From positions 15,004,001 to 15,068,000 of the forward strand of contig JBHGNT010000016.1 of assembly GCA_043228905.1 (NCBI GenBank): 64,000 bases of DNA, given 5' to 3'. The notes beneath the pieces are model-generated. The model searched no databases. It worked only from the letters and a program-made list of their open reading frames with translations, and was not told the DNA's origin. Shown here one piece after another: positions 13,101 through 25,329 of this stretch (the first letter of the stretch is position 1; every line of letters starts with the position of its first letter). The DNA is from Azolla caroliniana. Taxonomy: Eukaryota; Plantae; Polypodiophyta. A program made the position numbers and the translations under genes.

Positions 13101-16100
13101 CTTGCTTTAGTCCGTAGAGGGATTTCTTCAGTCAGCTAACTACTGAGGTGTTCCGGTTGGATAGAAATCCGGGGGGTTGTACCATGTACACATGTTCCTC
13201 AAGATCACCTTGCAGGAACACATCCGTTACATCCATCTGATGTAAGTGCCACCCTTTCACTGCTGCTACGACCAACAGAACATAGATAATGGTCATCTTT
13301 GCGACAAGCGCAAAGGTCTCGTCGTTAACCGGGCTTTGTATCGGTTGACTGAGCCGTCGGTGTTGTACTTCACCTTGTACACCCATTTGCATTCGATTGG
13401 CTTCACACCTTTAGGTGCGTCAACCAGGTCCCAAGTCTTATTGTTTGATAACGTGTGCATCTCTTCCTTCATCGCGGCATGCTAGTTCGCATCCTTCACC
13501 GCTTCTGCGTAGCTCTCCGGTTCATGCACTTCCGCCACTTACGTCATGTACGCGTAATGATGCGTCATGTACTCATTGTATCCGAAGTGCACCACGGGGT
13601 TCTTCTGGTGGGTAGATCAGCGTAATTGCTCATTAGCCGATTTTGAGGTCCTCTTGGCCGACGTAAACTAAGTTTCCAGAGGTCCGTCTTCGTTCTTCTT
13701 GGAGTCAGATTCGCTTCGATCCAACTCGTCCTTATCAGTGCCGCACTCTGGCATGTTCTTCTTTCCCTTCTCTTCGTGCATAAGCCATCCCCTTGGCTTC
13801 TTGCGCGGGGAATGCACGACCGAGTCACCACTACTCACCGGCTCTGCGTCTGACTAGTCATGCCGACTCAGTTGTTCATTCGGACCACTAAGCTTGAATG
13901 AGATCGAACTCTCTTTAGGAGCTCTGATGTATCCTTCATCCCAAGGCATTTCAACCTTGCTGACCTCTTCGTCAGTGATAAGAATGGAGTCATCAATGGT
14001 TGGAGGCGAAGGCAAGTACCACGACGTGGACTTGTCCAACACAACATCATGACTTATGTGAGCTTGTTTGGTTCGGGGGTTATAACACTTATAACCCTTC
14101 TGTTCGTTCGAGTAGCCAACCAAGATACACTTCTTGGCTTTGGTGTCTAGCTTCCTCCGTTTCTCCTTCGGCACATGCACATACATGATGCTACTGAAAA
14201 CCCTCAAGTGTGCCAAGTTCGACTTCTTCGTGAAGTACAATTCATGGGGCGACAGTCCTCCATTAGCAGAAGTCCAATTCTACAGGTAAACAGTTGTCCT
14301 TATGGCTTCAACCCAATAAAATTTTGGCATATGCTTCTCTTTGAGCATTGCCCTGGCACCTCTTCGATCGTCTGATTTTTCCGCTCGGCCACGCCATTCT
14401 GCCATGGCATGTATCTGCAGGAGAATTCATGCCGAATTCCTTCGTCCTGTAGATAATTCGAGAACTGGTCGGAGAAGTACTCCTTCCCACCATTGGACCT
14501 GAGGCACTTGATCTTTTGTTTGGTTTCCCTTACCGCAAGGCTTATTTACCTTTAGGAAACACGCGAAGACTTCGCTCATTTTCGCGATCAAGCACGCCCA
14601 AGTGTGGCGAGAGAAGTCATCAATGAAAGTCACGAAATATCGGCTTCCACCGAGACTCACGTTCTGTGCTGGTCCTCATACATCCAAATGGATCACATCG
14701 AGCGTATTTCAATTCCGGTTACGCTCATTGGGGAATGGAAGTCAGTGATGCTTTCCCAACTGGCAGGCTTTGCATACTTGGCCCTTTCGGCAAGCCGAAA
14801 ACGATATTTTTCGTCTACATTTCTCGAAGTTTTGGGAAATTTACATGGTCGAACCGCTTATGCCAGAGGTCGATATTCGATTCGACCTTTTGCCCTTTTG
14901 CGAACATAGCGGTGCCTACGTCGTTGGTCTCGAGGATAAACATCCTCCCTTCACGACGCCCTTGTGCGATTATCTTGCATTCCTCTTCGATGTAGCAACC
15001 AAGATACGTGAATCGAACTTGCATCCCCTGGTCGATGATCTGTCCGACCGACACCAGGTTCTTGGTTATTGTTAGGATGTGTAGCACGTTCATGAGTTTT
15101 CCTTCTTGCCCGACGTGGTTGGGGGGAACTTCTCTGACATGTTCAATGGTATGCGGAGTGTCGTCTCCAGTTTCGACCACTCCTTGTTTTTCCGGTTTCT
15201 CCAAGTACGAGAACCATTCCTTGTGACTCGTCATATGATTTGACGCTCCGGAGTCAACATACATAACCTCGTTCGGTTTCGAGGTGTTCACCGCCATCGA
15301 ATTGGCCTTGTGCTTCATTACGAAGGTTGGGCCATATCCATTTTTTGCTTGTTGGGAGCCCCCGGCATAGTGCGATCGCTGTCGATTTCCTTGTTCGGTT
15401 CGCCCGGATCCGGATGCGGTTTTCTCCAAATCGACATGTTTCTTCCAGCACTTGCTCTCCCTGTGGCCTTTCTTGCCACAGTACTAGAATTCCGTGGTGG
15501 GTTTCCCTTGCTGGTTTTTGGCTCCGCGTCACTCCTCTTGCTTCCGGAGGGTCTGGAAATACTGTTAGCATTACGACCAAGCCTTCCATCTTGCTCCTGT
15601 TGGCTACCTCCATTGTGCGTCGACTCGCCTCGTCCGCCACGACCACGTGGCCTATCTTCCTCCGTGTATAACATTTTGCTATCGGCGTGCGTACTTGTTG
15701 ACACACCCGCATGGTTCTCCTCTACTAGGAGCATCGATTGTAAGTCAAAAAACGATGATGTATTCTCCCTTGTACGAACCGCAGTTCGGAAAGCTCCGAA
15801 CTTCGACGCTAACACTCTGAGGTAGACCTGCACCATTTCGTCCTCCTCGACGTTTACATCGACGGAGGCAAGAGAGTCGTAGATGTCCTTGATCTAGGAG
15901 GTGTAGTCAGTCACCGACATATCTCGTTGTCGAACATTGCTCAACTCTTGCCTGAGTTGGAGCTTTCTGGTTGTGGTGCTCGCGGCGGAAATCTTTTTCA
16001 GATTTCCCCAAGAATCATTTGGCGTCTTCGCATCCCGAATGTAGCTCATACGCTGATCGCTCACACAGGATGCGAAACAATACTTGTCGCCTATTCGTAG

Positions 16101-16904
16101 GCCGGGGAAATCTCTGTGTGTCGATTCGGGTGCTGCATCATTAGCTCCATCGATATAACTCCAGTAACCATGACCGAGCAAGTATTGGTGCATCTTGTAC
16201 GACCAAGATGTGTAGTTGCTCCTTTTGAGCTTCTCAGTCGGTAGCGAGCTTCCCATTCTTCTGTCCATATTGTTGTCGTATCTTTTCCAAAATCGAAAAA
16301 AACTTGACTCTATCTTTATCGGTTGCTTTTCTGTCGGCTGTAGAGGAGTCTCAACCCTCACGCTCTGATACCATGTAAATGAATACGTGTGGAAGTGTGT
16401 GCATAAAAGACACAGAGTATATAGTTTGGAAATATGACAGTTCAATGAAACACAGAAAACACAGAGAGAAGAAGAAGAAGAGGAGAGATAGATAGAGAGC
16501 GCAAACAACAGTTCTATTCCAAGAAAATAACACTTTGTACATAGGATGTGCTTAGAGAGCACTTTTATACAAGTCCATGCAGACTGACAGAAGTACTGAC
16601 ACGTACTTCAATGCTCATCAATGAGCCCCTACACTAACTCCCAAAAATATGTTCCTCTGTGGAATATCTTGTCAACGGCCTCCCAGTTTACGCACCGCTA
16701 CGACCTCTCGTTGCGCACCTGGTTTATGTACCCAACCTACGCACTGGTTTACGTACCCAATGTTGAGCTTGTATCTCAACAGGCAAACAACATTGACAAC
16801 CGTTCCCGAAAGAGAGGAATGTGAGCAAAGGGATCTTGGATGTAATACATTCAGATGTATGGGGACGAGTCCAAACAACAACATTTTGTGGTTGTCGATA
16901 TTAT
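10190..16904 (+). mobile_element. Internal copia fragment (zinc knuckle, protease, start of integrase) split by the 11077-16781 insertion
   Basis: VWFFDFGASNHMTS, LWHKRIGHIN, CEACQFG|KQH..PFPKERNVSKGILDVIHSDVWG continues across the insertion. Confidence 0.85.
11077..16781 (-). mobile_element. Full-length decayed Ty1/copia element
   Basis: LTRs 11077-11499 and 16374-16781, TSD GGCAA on both sides, PBS TGGTATCAGAGC (tRNA-iMet) at 16373-16362, PPT at 11500-11511; gag-PR(YVDSGAS)-IN-RT(YVDD)-RH order with many frameshifts. Confidence 0.95.
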
Positions 16905-16920
16905 TGTTGAGAATTGAACT

Positions 16921-19900
16921 TGTAGAAGAATACGTGTGCTGAAGTGTATGCGAAACACATAGTACACAGTTCGGAGAATGAAAGTTTGGTAAAAAACACA
17001 GAAAACGTAGAGATGGAGAGGGAGAGGGAGAGAGAGAGAGAGAGAGCAGACAACTCAGTTCTATTTCAAAATAATGACCCTTTGTACATATTTCGTGCTT
17101 AGTGAGCACCTTTTATACAAGCCCTGACTATCGGGTTGACACAAGTACTGACAGTACTTGACGACTCATAAATGAGCCTACTACACTTACTCCAAAAATT
17201 ATTCCTTACAAGGAATACCATACTAACGGCCTTTCGGTTAATGCACCAATACGGCCATGTTATGCGTACTGTTTTACGCACCCAGTCTACGCACTGGGTT
17301 ACGCATCCAACGTTGAGCTTGTCAGTCAACACTCCCCCTCAAGGTCAACTTGAAGTTCCACATGCTCCTCCGGATGTTCACTCCGGCTTTTCTTGGCTTC
17401 ACGCCTTGCTCACGTTCCTCGACCTATTCGATTCCGCGCTCCTCCACCCTTCTGGTCGGCTAGTCTGCTCATTTGGCCCTTCTCAGCTCCCTTGTTATTG
17501 CGGTGTTGGAGCCTCTTCCGCTGCCCTTTCCTCCACTTGGCCCTCACTCGATTCGTAATATCCGAATCGAACATTTCTATTGAATCGGTCTCTTTCGATT
17601 CAATTCCCCTTACATCCAAATTGGCTGTCTCCAATTCGTCTTCAGTCTTTAGACCTTTGATAATGTCAGACCACATCTTGGTCTTGGCCTTACCTCCCCC
17701 TGATTCGGATGTCCTCGGGTCTTCCCTACGATTACTACCCTTGCTCTTTTCATCGGCTTCTTCAGCCGGCCCGATATCGAATTCTTCATCCGACTCCACA
17801 TGACGGTCACTTCCGCCGCGATGATCACCTTCGCTCCTTTCACTCTCTTGTTCCTGTCTCCCCCTCAAGTTCGGCGTGTCGAGGTGACGCAACCCAAGCT
17901 CACTCGAGAAATGCTGCAACTTGTCGAGACCAAGAGGCTTGGTGAAAATGTTGGCAACTTGTCGATCCGTCAGAACATACGCTAGTTCGACATCACCTGA
18001 AAGGACCCGCTCGCGGACAAAATGGTAATGCACCTCAATGTGCTTGGTCCGGGCGGGAATATAGGGTTTTTTGCAAGGTGGATATTGCTAAGGTTGTCGC
18101 AATAGATCATCGTCGGATTGGACACCTCCACATGCAGATCTCGTAACAATTGTTTCAGCCAAATGACTTCGCACGTAGCGATTGTCGCCCCTCGATATTC
18201 AGCCTCTGTGCTCGACTGTGCTACTGTCGGCTACTTCTTACTGCTCCATGCGATCGCTGCACTTCCTAATGAGAAGGTGTATCCAAATTTGGATCTACGA
18301 TCACTGGCGTTTCCGGCCCAATCGGCATCCATGTAGCCGACCATTTGTTCGGCTACGCTTGCCCGATACAACAACGCCATGTCTTTCGTGCCGTTGACAT
18401 ATCGCAATATCCTTTGTGTGCACTAAAAGTGTTCGGTCTTAGGCTTCGACATAAATTGACTGATCAGTTTGACTGGGTAGCTGAGGTCCAGCCTGGTGAT
18501 CTTCAAATATATCAGGCTTTCGACAGTCTGTCGAAACTGTGTCGGGTCGCATGCCTTTGCTGAATCTCGGCGAAGCTTTGCATTTCTATCCAGAGGGGTT
18601 GAGATGGGCTTACAATTGGCCATCCCGAACTTGAAGAGCATATTTAGCGTGTAATGACGTTGGCTGATCAATATGCCTTCGGGGGCGTGGATCACTTCGA
18701 TCTCGAGGAAGTAATGAAGGTCTCCAAGATCCTTCATTTCGAATGATGCCGCAATCTGAGACTTTACACGACGGATTTCGTCCAGGTCAGCACTGATGAC
18801 GACTAAATCATCAACATATAGTAGAAGGCTAACCAGTCCATATTTACCTTGCCGAACAAATAATGAAGAGTCCGATTTCGACGTCGTAAACCCCATCCTA
18901 CGCAACTATTGCGTAATCTTCGTGTTCCAGGCTCGCGGGGCTTGCTTAAGTCCGTAGAGTGAGTTCTTCGGTTGGGAAACTACCAAAGTGTTTCGTTCGG
19001 ATAGAAATCCGGGGGGCTGTACCATGTACACCTGTTCCTCAAGATCACCTTGTCGGAATGCGTTCTTTACATCCATCTGATGTAAGTGCCACCCCTTTGT
19101 CGCAGCTACGGCTAGCAGAACACGCACGGTAGTCATCTTCGCAACCGGCGGGAACGTCTCGTCGTAATCTACGCCGTGCTTCTGCACGTAGCCTTTTGCA
19201 ACTAAACGGGCCTTGTATCGATTGATTGAGCCGTCGGTATTGACCAACCTACATCTGATCGGCTTTACACCCTTCGGTGCATCAACCAGGTCCCAAGTCT
19301 CATTATTAGTCAAAGTGTGCATCTCTTCCTCCATCGCGACATGCCAGTTTGCGTCTTCCGCCGCTTCTGCGTAGCTCTCGGGCTCACGCACTTTCGCCAC
19401 TCATGTCATGTACGCGTAATGGTGCGCCATGTACTCATTATACCCGTATCTCTTTACGGGGTTCTTCAGGCGGGTGGATCGGCGTAATTCATGATTACCT
19501 GATTTCACGACCTTTTCGGCTAATATCGACCTCTTCAGTGGAGGTTCCTTTTCAGTTTGCCCATAGTCAAACTCGCTCCAATCTGACTCGGTATTGTCGA
19601 AATGGTACTCCGACATCTTTTTCTTCCCTTTCTCCTTGCGCGTAAACCGTCTCCTTGGTTCTTTACGCGGGGACATCACGACTGCTTCACTACTCGCCGT
19701 CTCTTCATTTGGTTGGCCATTTCGGTCCAACCCCTCATTCGGCCCACTCAGCCGAAATGAGATTGGACTCTCTCTCAGAGCTCCAATGTCCTCATCCGGC
19801 GGAGGCATCTCAACCTCGCTGACTTCTTCTTCAGAATTTGGAATGGAGTCATGAGGTAATACCACGAAGCGGAGTCGTCGAAAACGACATCTCGACTTAC

Positions 19901-22900
19901 GCGCACTTCCTTTGTTTGGGGGTGATAACACTTATACCCCTTCTGCTCGTCTAGATAGTTGACTAAGATGCACTTTTTGGTTTTGGCATCCAACTTACTC
20001 CTCTTTGCCTTCGGCACATGCACATATGCAATGCTACCGAAAATCCTCAAGTGTGCCATGTTCGGCTTCTTCTCGAAATACAATTCATGTGGTGACACTC
20101 CTCCATTAGTAGAAGTTTGATTCTGCATGTAGACATCCATTCTAACGGCTTCAGCCCAATAGAATTTCGGCATATGCTTCTCTGCAAGCATTGCCCTGGC
20201 CGTTTCTTTGATTGTCCGATTCTTCCGCTCGGCCACGCCGTTCTGCTGCGGCGTGTATCTCCACGAAAATTCGCTTCGAATTCCCTCCTTCTGTAGATAA
20301 CTTGTGTACTGGTCGAAGAAGTACTCCTTCCCGCCATTGGACCGTAGGCATTTGATCTTATGCCCTGTTTCCTTTTCCACAAGGCTGTTCACCTTCAAGA
20401 AACATGCGAAGACTTCGCTCTTCTTCGCGATCGTGCATACCCATGTGTGCCGAGTGAAGTTGTCGATGAAGGTTACAAAGTAACGGCTTCCACCGAGACT
20501 CACGTTCTGTGCCGGAACCCACACATCCGAATGGATCAAATCTAGCGGATTTCGACTACGATTAAGCTCGTTGCGGAATGGAAGTCGGTGTTGTTTTACC
20601 ATCTGGCAGGCTTCATAGACTTGGCCATTCCGGCCTCGAAATTTCGGCTAGCCGAGCAGAATGTTCTTCATTTGCATTTCACGAAGCCGTGGGAAGTTAA
20701 TATGGCCGAACCGCTTATGCCACAGGTCGATGTCCAACTCGACCTTCTGCCCTCTCGTAAACATAGCGGTGCCCACATTGTTGGTTTCGAGGATAAACAT
20801 CCTCCCTTCACGGCGCCCTTGCACGATTACTTTGCCCTCCTCTTCTATGAAGCAACCAAGATGCGTGAATCAAACTTGCATACCTTGGTCGATGATGTGT
20901 TTGACCAACACAAGGTTCTTGGTTATTGTCGGGACGTGTAGCACGTTCAAGAGTTTCCCTTTCTGTCCAACATGGCTAAGGGGAACTTCACCGACATGTT
21001 CGATGGTATGCGGAGTGTCGTCTCCGGTTTCGACCACTTCTTTCTTTTCCGGATTCTCCAAGTATGAGAACCATTCGAGGATAAACATCCTCCCTTCACG
21101 GCGCCCTTGCGCGATTACTTTGCCCTCCTCTTCTATGAAGCAACCAAGATGCGTGAATCAAACTTGCATACCTTGGTCGATGATGTGTTTGACCAACACA
21201 AGGTTCTTGGTTATTGTCGGGAGGTGTAGCACGTTCAAGAGTTTCCCTTTCTGTCCAACATGGCTAAGGGGAACTTCACCGACATGTTCGATGGTATGCG
21301 GAGTGTCGTCTCCGGTTTCGACCACTTCTTTCTTTTCCGGATTCTCCAAGTATGAGAACCATTCGAGGATAAACATCCTCCCTTCACGGCGCCCTTGCGC
21401 GATTACTTTGCCCTCCTCTTCTATGAAGCAACCAAGATGCGTGAATCAAACTTGCATACCTTGGTCGATGATGTGTTTGACCAACACAAGGTTCTTGGTT
21501 ATTGTCGGGAGGTGTAGCACGTTCAAGAGTTTCCCTTTCTGTCCAACATGGCTAAGGGGAACTTCATCGACATGTTCGATGGTATGCGGAGTGTCGTCTC
21601 CGGTTTCGACCACTTCTTTCTTTTCCGGATTCTCCAAGTATGAGAACCATTCCTCGTGACTCGTCATATGATTTGACGCTCCGGAATAAACATACCACAC
21701 CTCGCTCGATTTTGAGGTGTTCACGACCATTGAATTGGCCTTGTGCTTCATTACGAAGGCAGGGTCCGATCCATTTCTGGCTCGTTCGGAGTCCTCAGAG
21801 TAGTGCGACTTTTGTTGCCTTCCTGCATCTCTTCCGCTCGATCCGGCTTTGTCCGAATCGGCTTTCCTTTTCCAACACTCGCTCTCCTTGTGGCCTTTTT
21901 TGCTATAGTACCAACATTCTATCACGGCCTTATCTTGCCGGCTTTCGGCGCCGCCATGACTCCCCCTGCTTCCGGAGGGTTCAAAATTGTTCCCGATATT
22001 TCGATTATGCTGTCCATTAAGCTCTTCTCGGCTGCCTCCATTACCCGCCGATCCGCCTTGTCCGCCTTGTCCGCCACGACCACGGGACCTATCTCCCTCC
22101 GTGTACAACATCCTTTTGTCGGCGTGCGTACTCGTCGACGCGCCCGCGTGATTTTCCTCCACGAGCAACATTGACTGAAGCTCGAAGAACATAGGCGTAT
22201 TCTCCCTTGTACAAACTGCCATTTGGAACTCTCCGAACTTTGATGCTAGCCCACGAAGACAAACCTACACCATCTCATCTTCCTCCACGTTCACGTTGAC
22301 GAAGGCGAGAGAGTCACAGATTTCTTTGATCTTGGAGGTGTAATCAGCCACCGACATATCTCGTTGTCAAACATTGCTCAACTCTTGCCTGAGTTGAAGC
22401 TTCCTGGCTGTGGTGCTAGTGGCGAAAATCTTCTTGAGATTCGCCCATGCGTCCTTTGGCGTCTTGGCATCTCGAATATGGCTCAATAGCTGGTCGCTCA
22501 CACAGGACGCAAAGCGGTTGAGAACTCTACTTGCCGCCTATTCCCAAGACGAAAAATCCCTATGTGTCGATTCGGGTGCTGTATCATTATCTCCTTCGAC
22601 ATAACTCCAGTAGCCATGACCAAGTAGGTACTGGTGCATCTTGTACGACCAAGATGCGTAGTTTCTCCTATCGAGCTTCTGAGTTGGTAGCGAGCTTCCC
22701 ATTCCTTTGTCCATGTTGCTGTCTTATCTTTTCCGAAAGCCAAGAATACAAACTCAACTATGTCTATCTCGCAAGCTTTTATATCGGCTGCAGAGGACTT
22801 CAAACCTTGCGCTCTGATACCATGTAAAAGAATACTTGTGCAGAAGTGTATGAGAAACACAGAGTACACAGTTCGGAGAATGACAGTTTGGTAAAAAACA

Positions 22901-23239
22901 CAAAAAACGCACAGATGGAGATGGAGAGGGAGAGAGAGAGAGCAGACAACTCAGTTCTATTTCAAAATAATGACCCTCTATACATATTTCGTGCTTAGTG
23001 AGCACCTTTTATACAAGCCCTGACTATTGGGCTGACACAAGTACTGACAGTACTTGACGAATCATAAATGAGCCTACTACACTAACTCCCAAAATTATTC
23101 CTTACGAGGAATACCATACTAACGGCCTTTCGGTTTACGCACCGATACGACCACGTTATGCGTACCGTTTTACGCATCCAGTCTACGCACTGGGTTACGC
23201 ACCGTGTTACGCACCCAATGTTGAGCTTGTCAGTCAACA
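16921..23239 (-). mobile_element. Full-length decayed Ty1/copia element inserted 16 bp inside an older LTR (16905-16920 plus 23245-~23470)
   Basis: LTRs 16921-17331 and 22823-23239, TSD GAACT, iMet PBS at 22822-22811, PPT at 17332-17343; gag, zinc knuckle, protease, integrase (HSDVW, QQNGVAERKNR), RT (YVDD), RNase H. Confidence 0.95.
20786..21652. repeat. 288-bp tandem triplication within the copia protease region
   Basis: TCGAGGATAAACATCC recurs at 20788, 21076 and 21364; three near-identical ORF segments. Confidence 0.95.
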
Positions 23240-23404
23240 GAACTCAACTTCCCATAGAGAGAGTGTTCACACTAGTCAGTGGACATCGTACTAGGAAATT
23301 TTTGTAATTAGTAGAAAGGGCATTTGCCCTAGACTAGTTGGTATTTAAACCAATCTTTTGTAACCTAGTTACTGTTGGACATAATATACAGTTTCTTGCT
23401 TTAG

Positions 23405-23446
<42 letters not shown>

Positions 23447-23474
23447 GTCTCTGTGTGTGTCTATCTTTGTCTCT

Positions 23475-24350
23475 CTCTTGAGGAGGAAAAAATGTATCAA
23501 GCTCAACGCCTAAATGTACGAGTTATTTGGGCTCAAGGAAGGGGAATCTCCTGATGAAGATGCACAAACATTAGGGAAAATGTTGGGGTATGAAGCCCTA
23601 CCAAACATTAAAAATTGGAGGGTAGAACGTGACACCACTAGGAAAAGAGCTTTGGTCCTTCAGTTTAAGAATTAAAAATCTAGATTCACATTTTTTAAAA
23701 AGAGACCAATTCTTCGAAGATTGGGCGGGGACCCTACCTACCTTGATGAAGACCTGACCAAGATGCAAATTGAGCATCGTAAAACTTGTATGCCGCAAGT
23801 CATACAAGCTCGTAAAGAGGGACATCGTGCTTTTTACCGAGACGGACGTGTGATAATAAATGATCACGCTGCCAATTGACGGCGTGTGGCCCATGTGACA
23901 AACAATAAACTAAGGACGACTTTATGGAATTATAACGGTGCAGTTTGGACACACCCTGACCATCTAGAGGAGATTTTGAAGGTATCTGACATACTTTTTT
24001 TAGTAGAAACACATTAGAGCCCAAATTGAGGACTGCCACGAGTTGACGGTTTTCGTTGGGAATTTGTCTTTAGACAAACCTCACGTCGACATACTACTAG
24101 AGGGTCTGGAGGGGTTGCGATACTATTTCGGAGAGAGATGTATAATAGGATAGAAATACTAAAGAAAGACCCAGAAGCCTGTTTTATGTGGGTTAAAGTC
24201 CTCACTAGAAAGGATTAGGCGATATTTATCGCCGTGTGTTACTTCCCCCTGGTATAATATGGCTAGAGAGGTGAGTATAGTTGATGAAAGAACGTCGCAT
24301 GGGTCTTCTCCATACGAACCTCAAAATCTGACATAATCTGATATTCGTTC
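23475..24350 (+). mobile_element. LINE 5' fragment: ORF1 C-terminal part and AP-endonuclease start (RTEX/L2-like)
   Basis: ORF1-like RALVLQFKN..PTYLDEDLTKMQIEHRK; endonuclease-like DILFLVETH, GSGGVAILFR, FMWVK, IFIAVCYFP. Confidence 0.75.
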
Positions 24351-24428
24351 ATTGGTGCAGAGCATAACTTCCTATACTTTCAACTAAAATGCGACACCTC
24401 CCATGCCACCAACTCTAGTCAACCAAAC

Positions 24429-25327
24429 TGTTGAGATATCAAGCTCAACTAGTTTAATCTAGTTAGTCAACACATGTAACTTAGTAGTTACCTAGATCGA
24501 AGCTAGTTAATGTGTTGACCTTAAGCCTTTAAATAGGACCTTGTACTTAAGTGGGATATTCTAGATCCTCCACTCCTTAGTACATTTAATGTAGGACTTA
24601 CACATAAGTACCTATGTTCTACCCACACATGTGCACCTTTGCACATGGGTTGTATATATACCTCATTGCGGGTATTTTTGTATGTTGATGACACTTTTCA
24701 ATATAGTCAATCATCCCCCATTTATCATCGTGTTCATAAGTGTAACTTCCTCTCTCTCTCTCTTCCTCTGACACACTCTCACGTGCATATCATACTAATC
24801 TTCCGTTGCTTAACGTAACCATATAATTAGTCTCTAATTAACCCTAGTTAATTACCTAATTACTTAACATGGTATCAGAGCACGTGGCTTAGGAAATCCA
24901 CTAAGCCCACAACTTATTCGTGATTGTGTGTTCGAGACACCGACGACAAATCCCGGCTATTCGCTATCCGCTACCGTAGTGCCGCTACGAAGGACATGCA
25001 CGCGACCAAGAGAAGAAAAACAAAACGGAAGACACAACAATCAACATGAACACACAAATGAGAAGCTCACTCCCTAGCGAAAAGCTAGACCGAAGCAACT
25101 ATTCATCTTGGGAGTACAAGATGAATCAATACCTTGTCGGCCAAGGGTATTGGAGCTACATCAACGACGCACAAGAAAACAAACCCGAAACCACACATGC
25201 CAACTACCCAACGTGGAAGAAGGCGCGAGTCGGGTAATGTATTGCTTGGCAACATGTGTAAACGACCACATGCTTAGCCACATTCATGACGCCAAGACGC
25301 CCAAAGAGGCGTGGGAAAATCTCAAGA
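24429..25327 (+). mobile_element. Copia 5' LTR (24429-24869), PBS and truncated gag
   Basis: TG...CA followed by TGGTATCAGAGC at 24870; gag SSLPSEKLDRSNYSSWEYKMNQYLVGQGYW from 25046 stops abruptly at AWENLK. Confidence 0.9.
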
Positions 25328-25329
25328 AT

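Noticed and set aside
20661-21659. 332-aa plus-strand ORF
   Set aside because: Antisense shadow of the triplicated copia protease segment.
7912-23760. Long terminal inverted repeats of a foldback or Mutator-like transposon
   Set aside because: No TSD, the arms are made of ordinary LINE and copia pieces, and LINE ORF1 continues unbroken past 23760.
919-24869. LTRs 919-1359 and 24429-24869 as the two ends of one 24-kb element
   Set aside because: The first has its own TTAAT TSD (solo LTR) and the second is followed by a PBS and gag, so it is a 5' LTR of a separate insertion.
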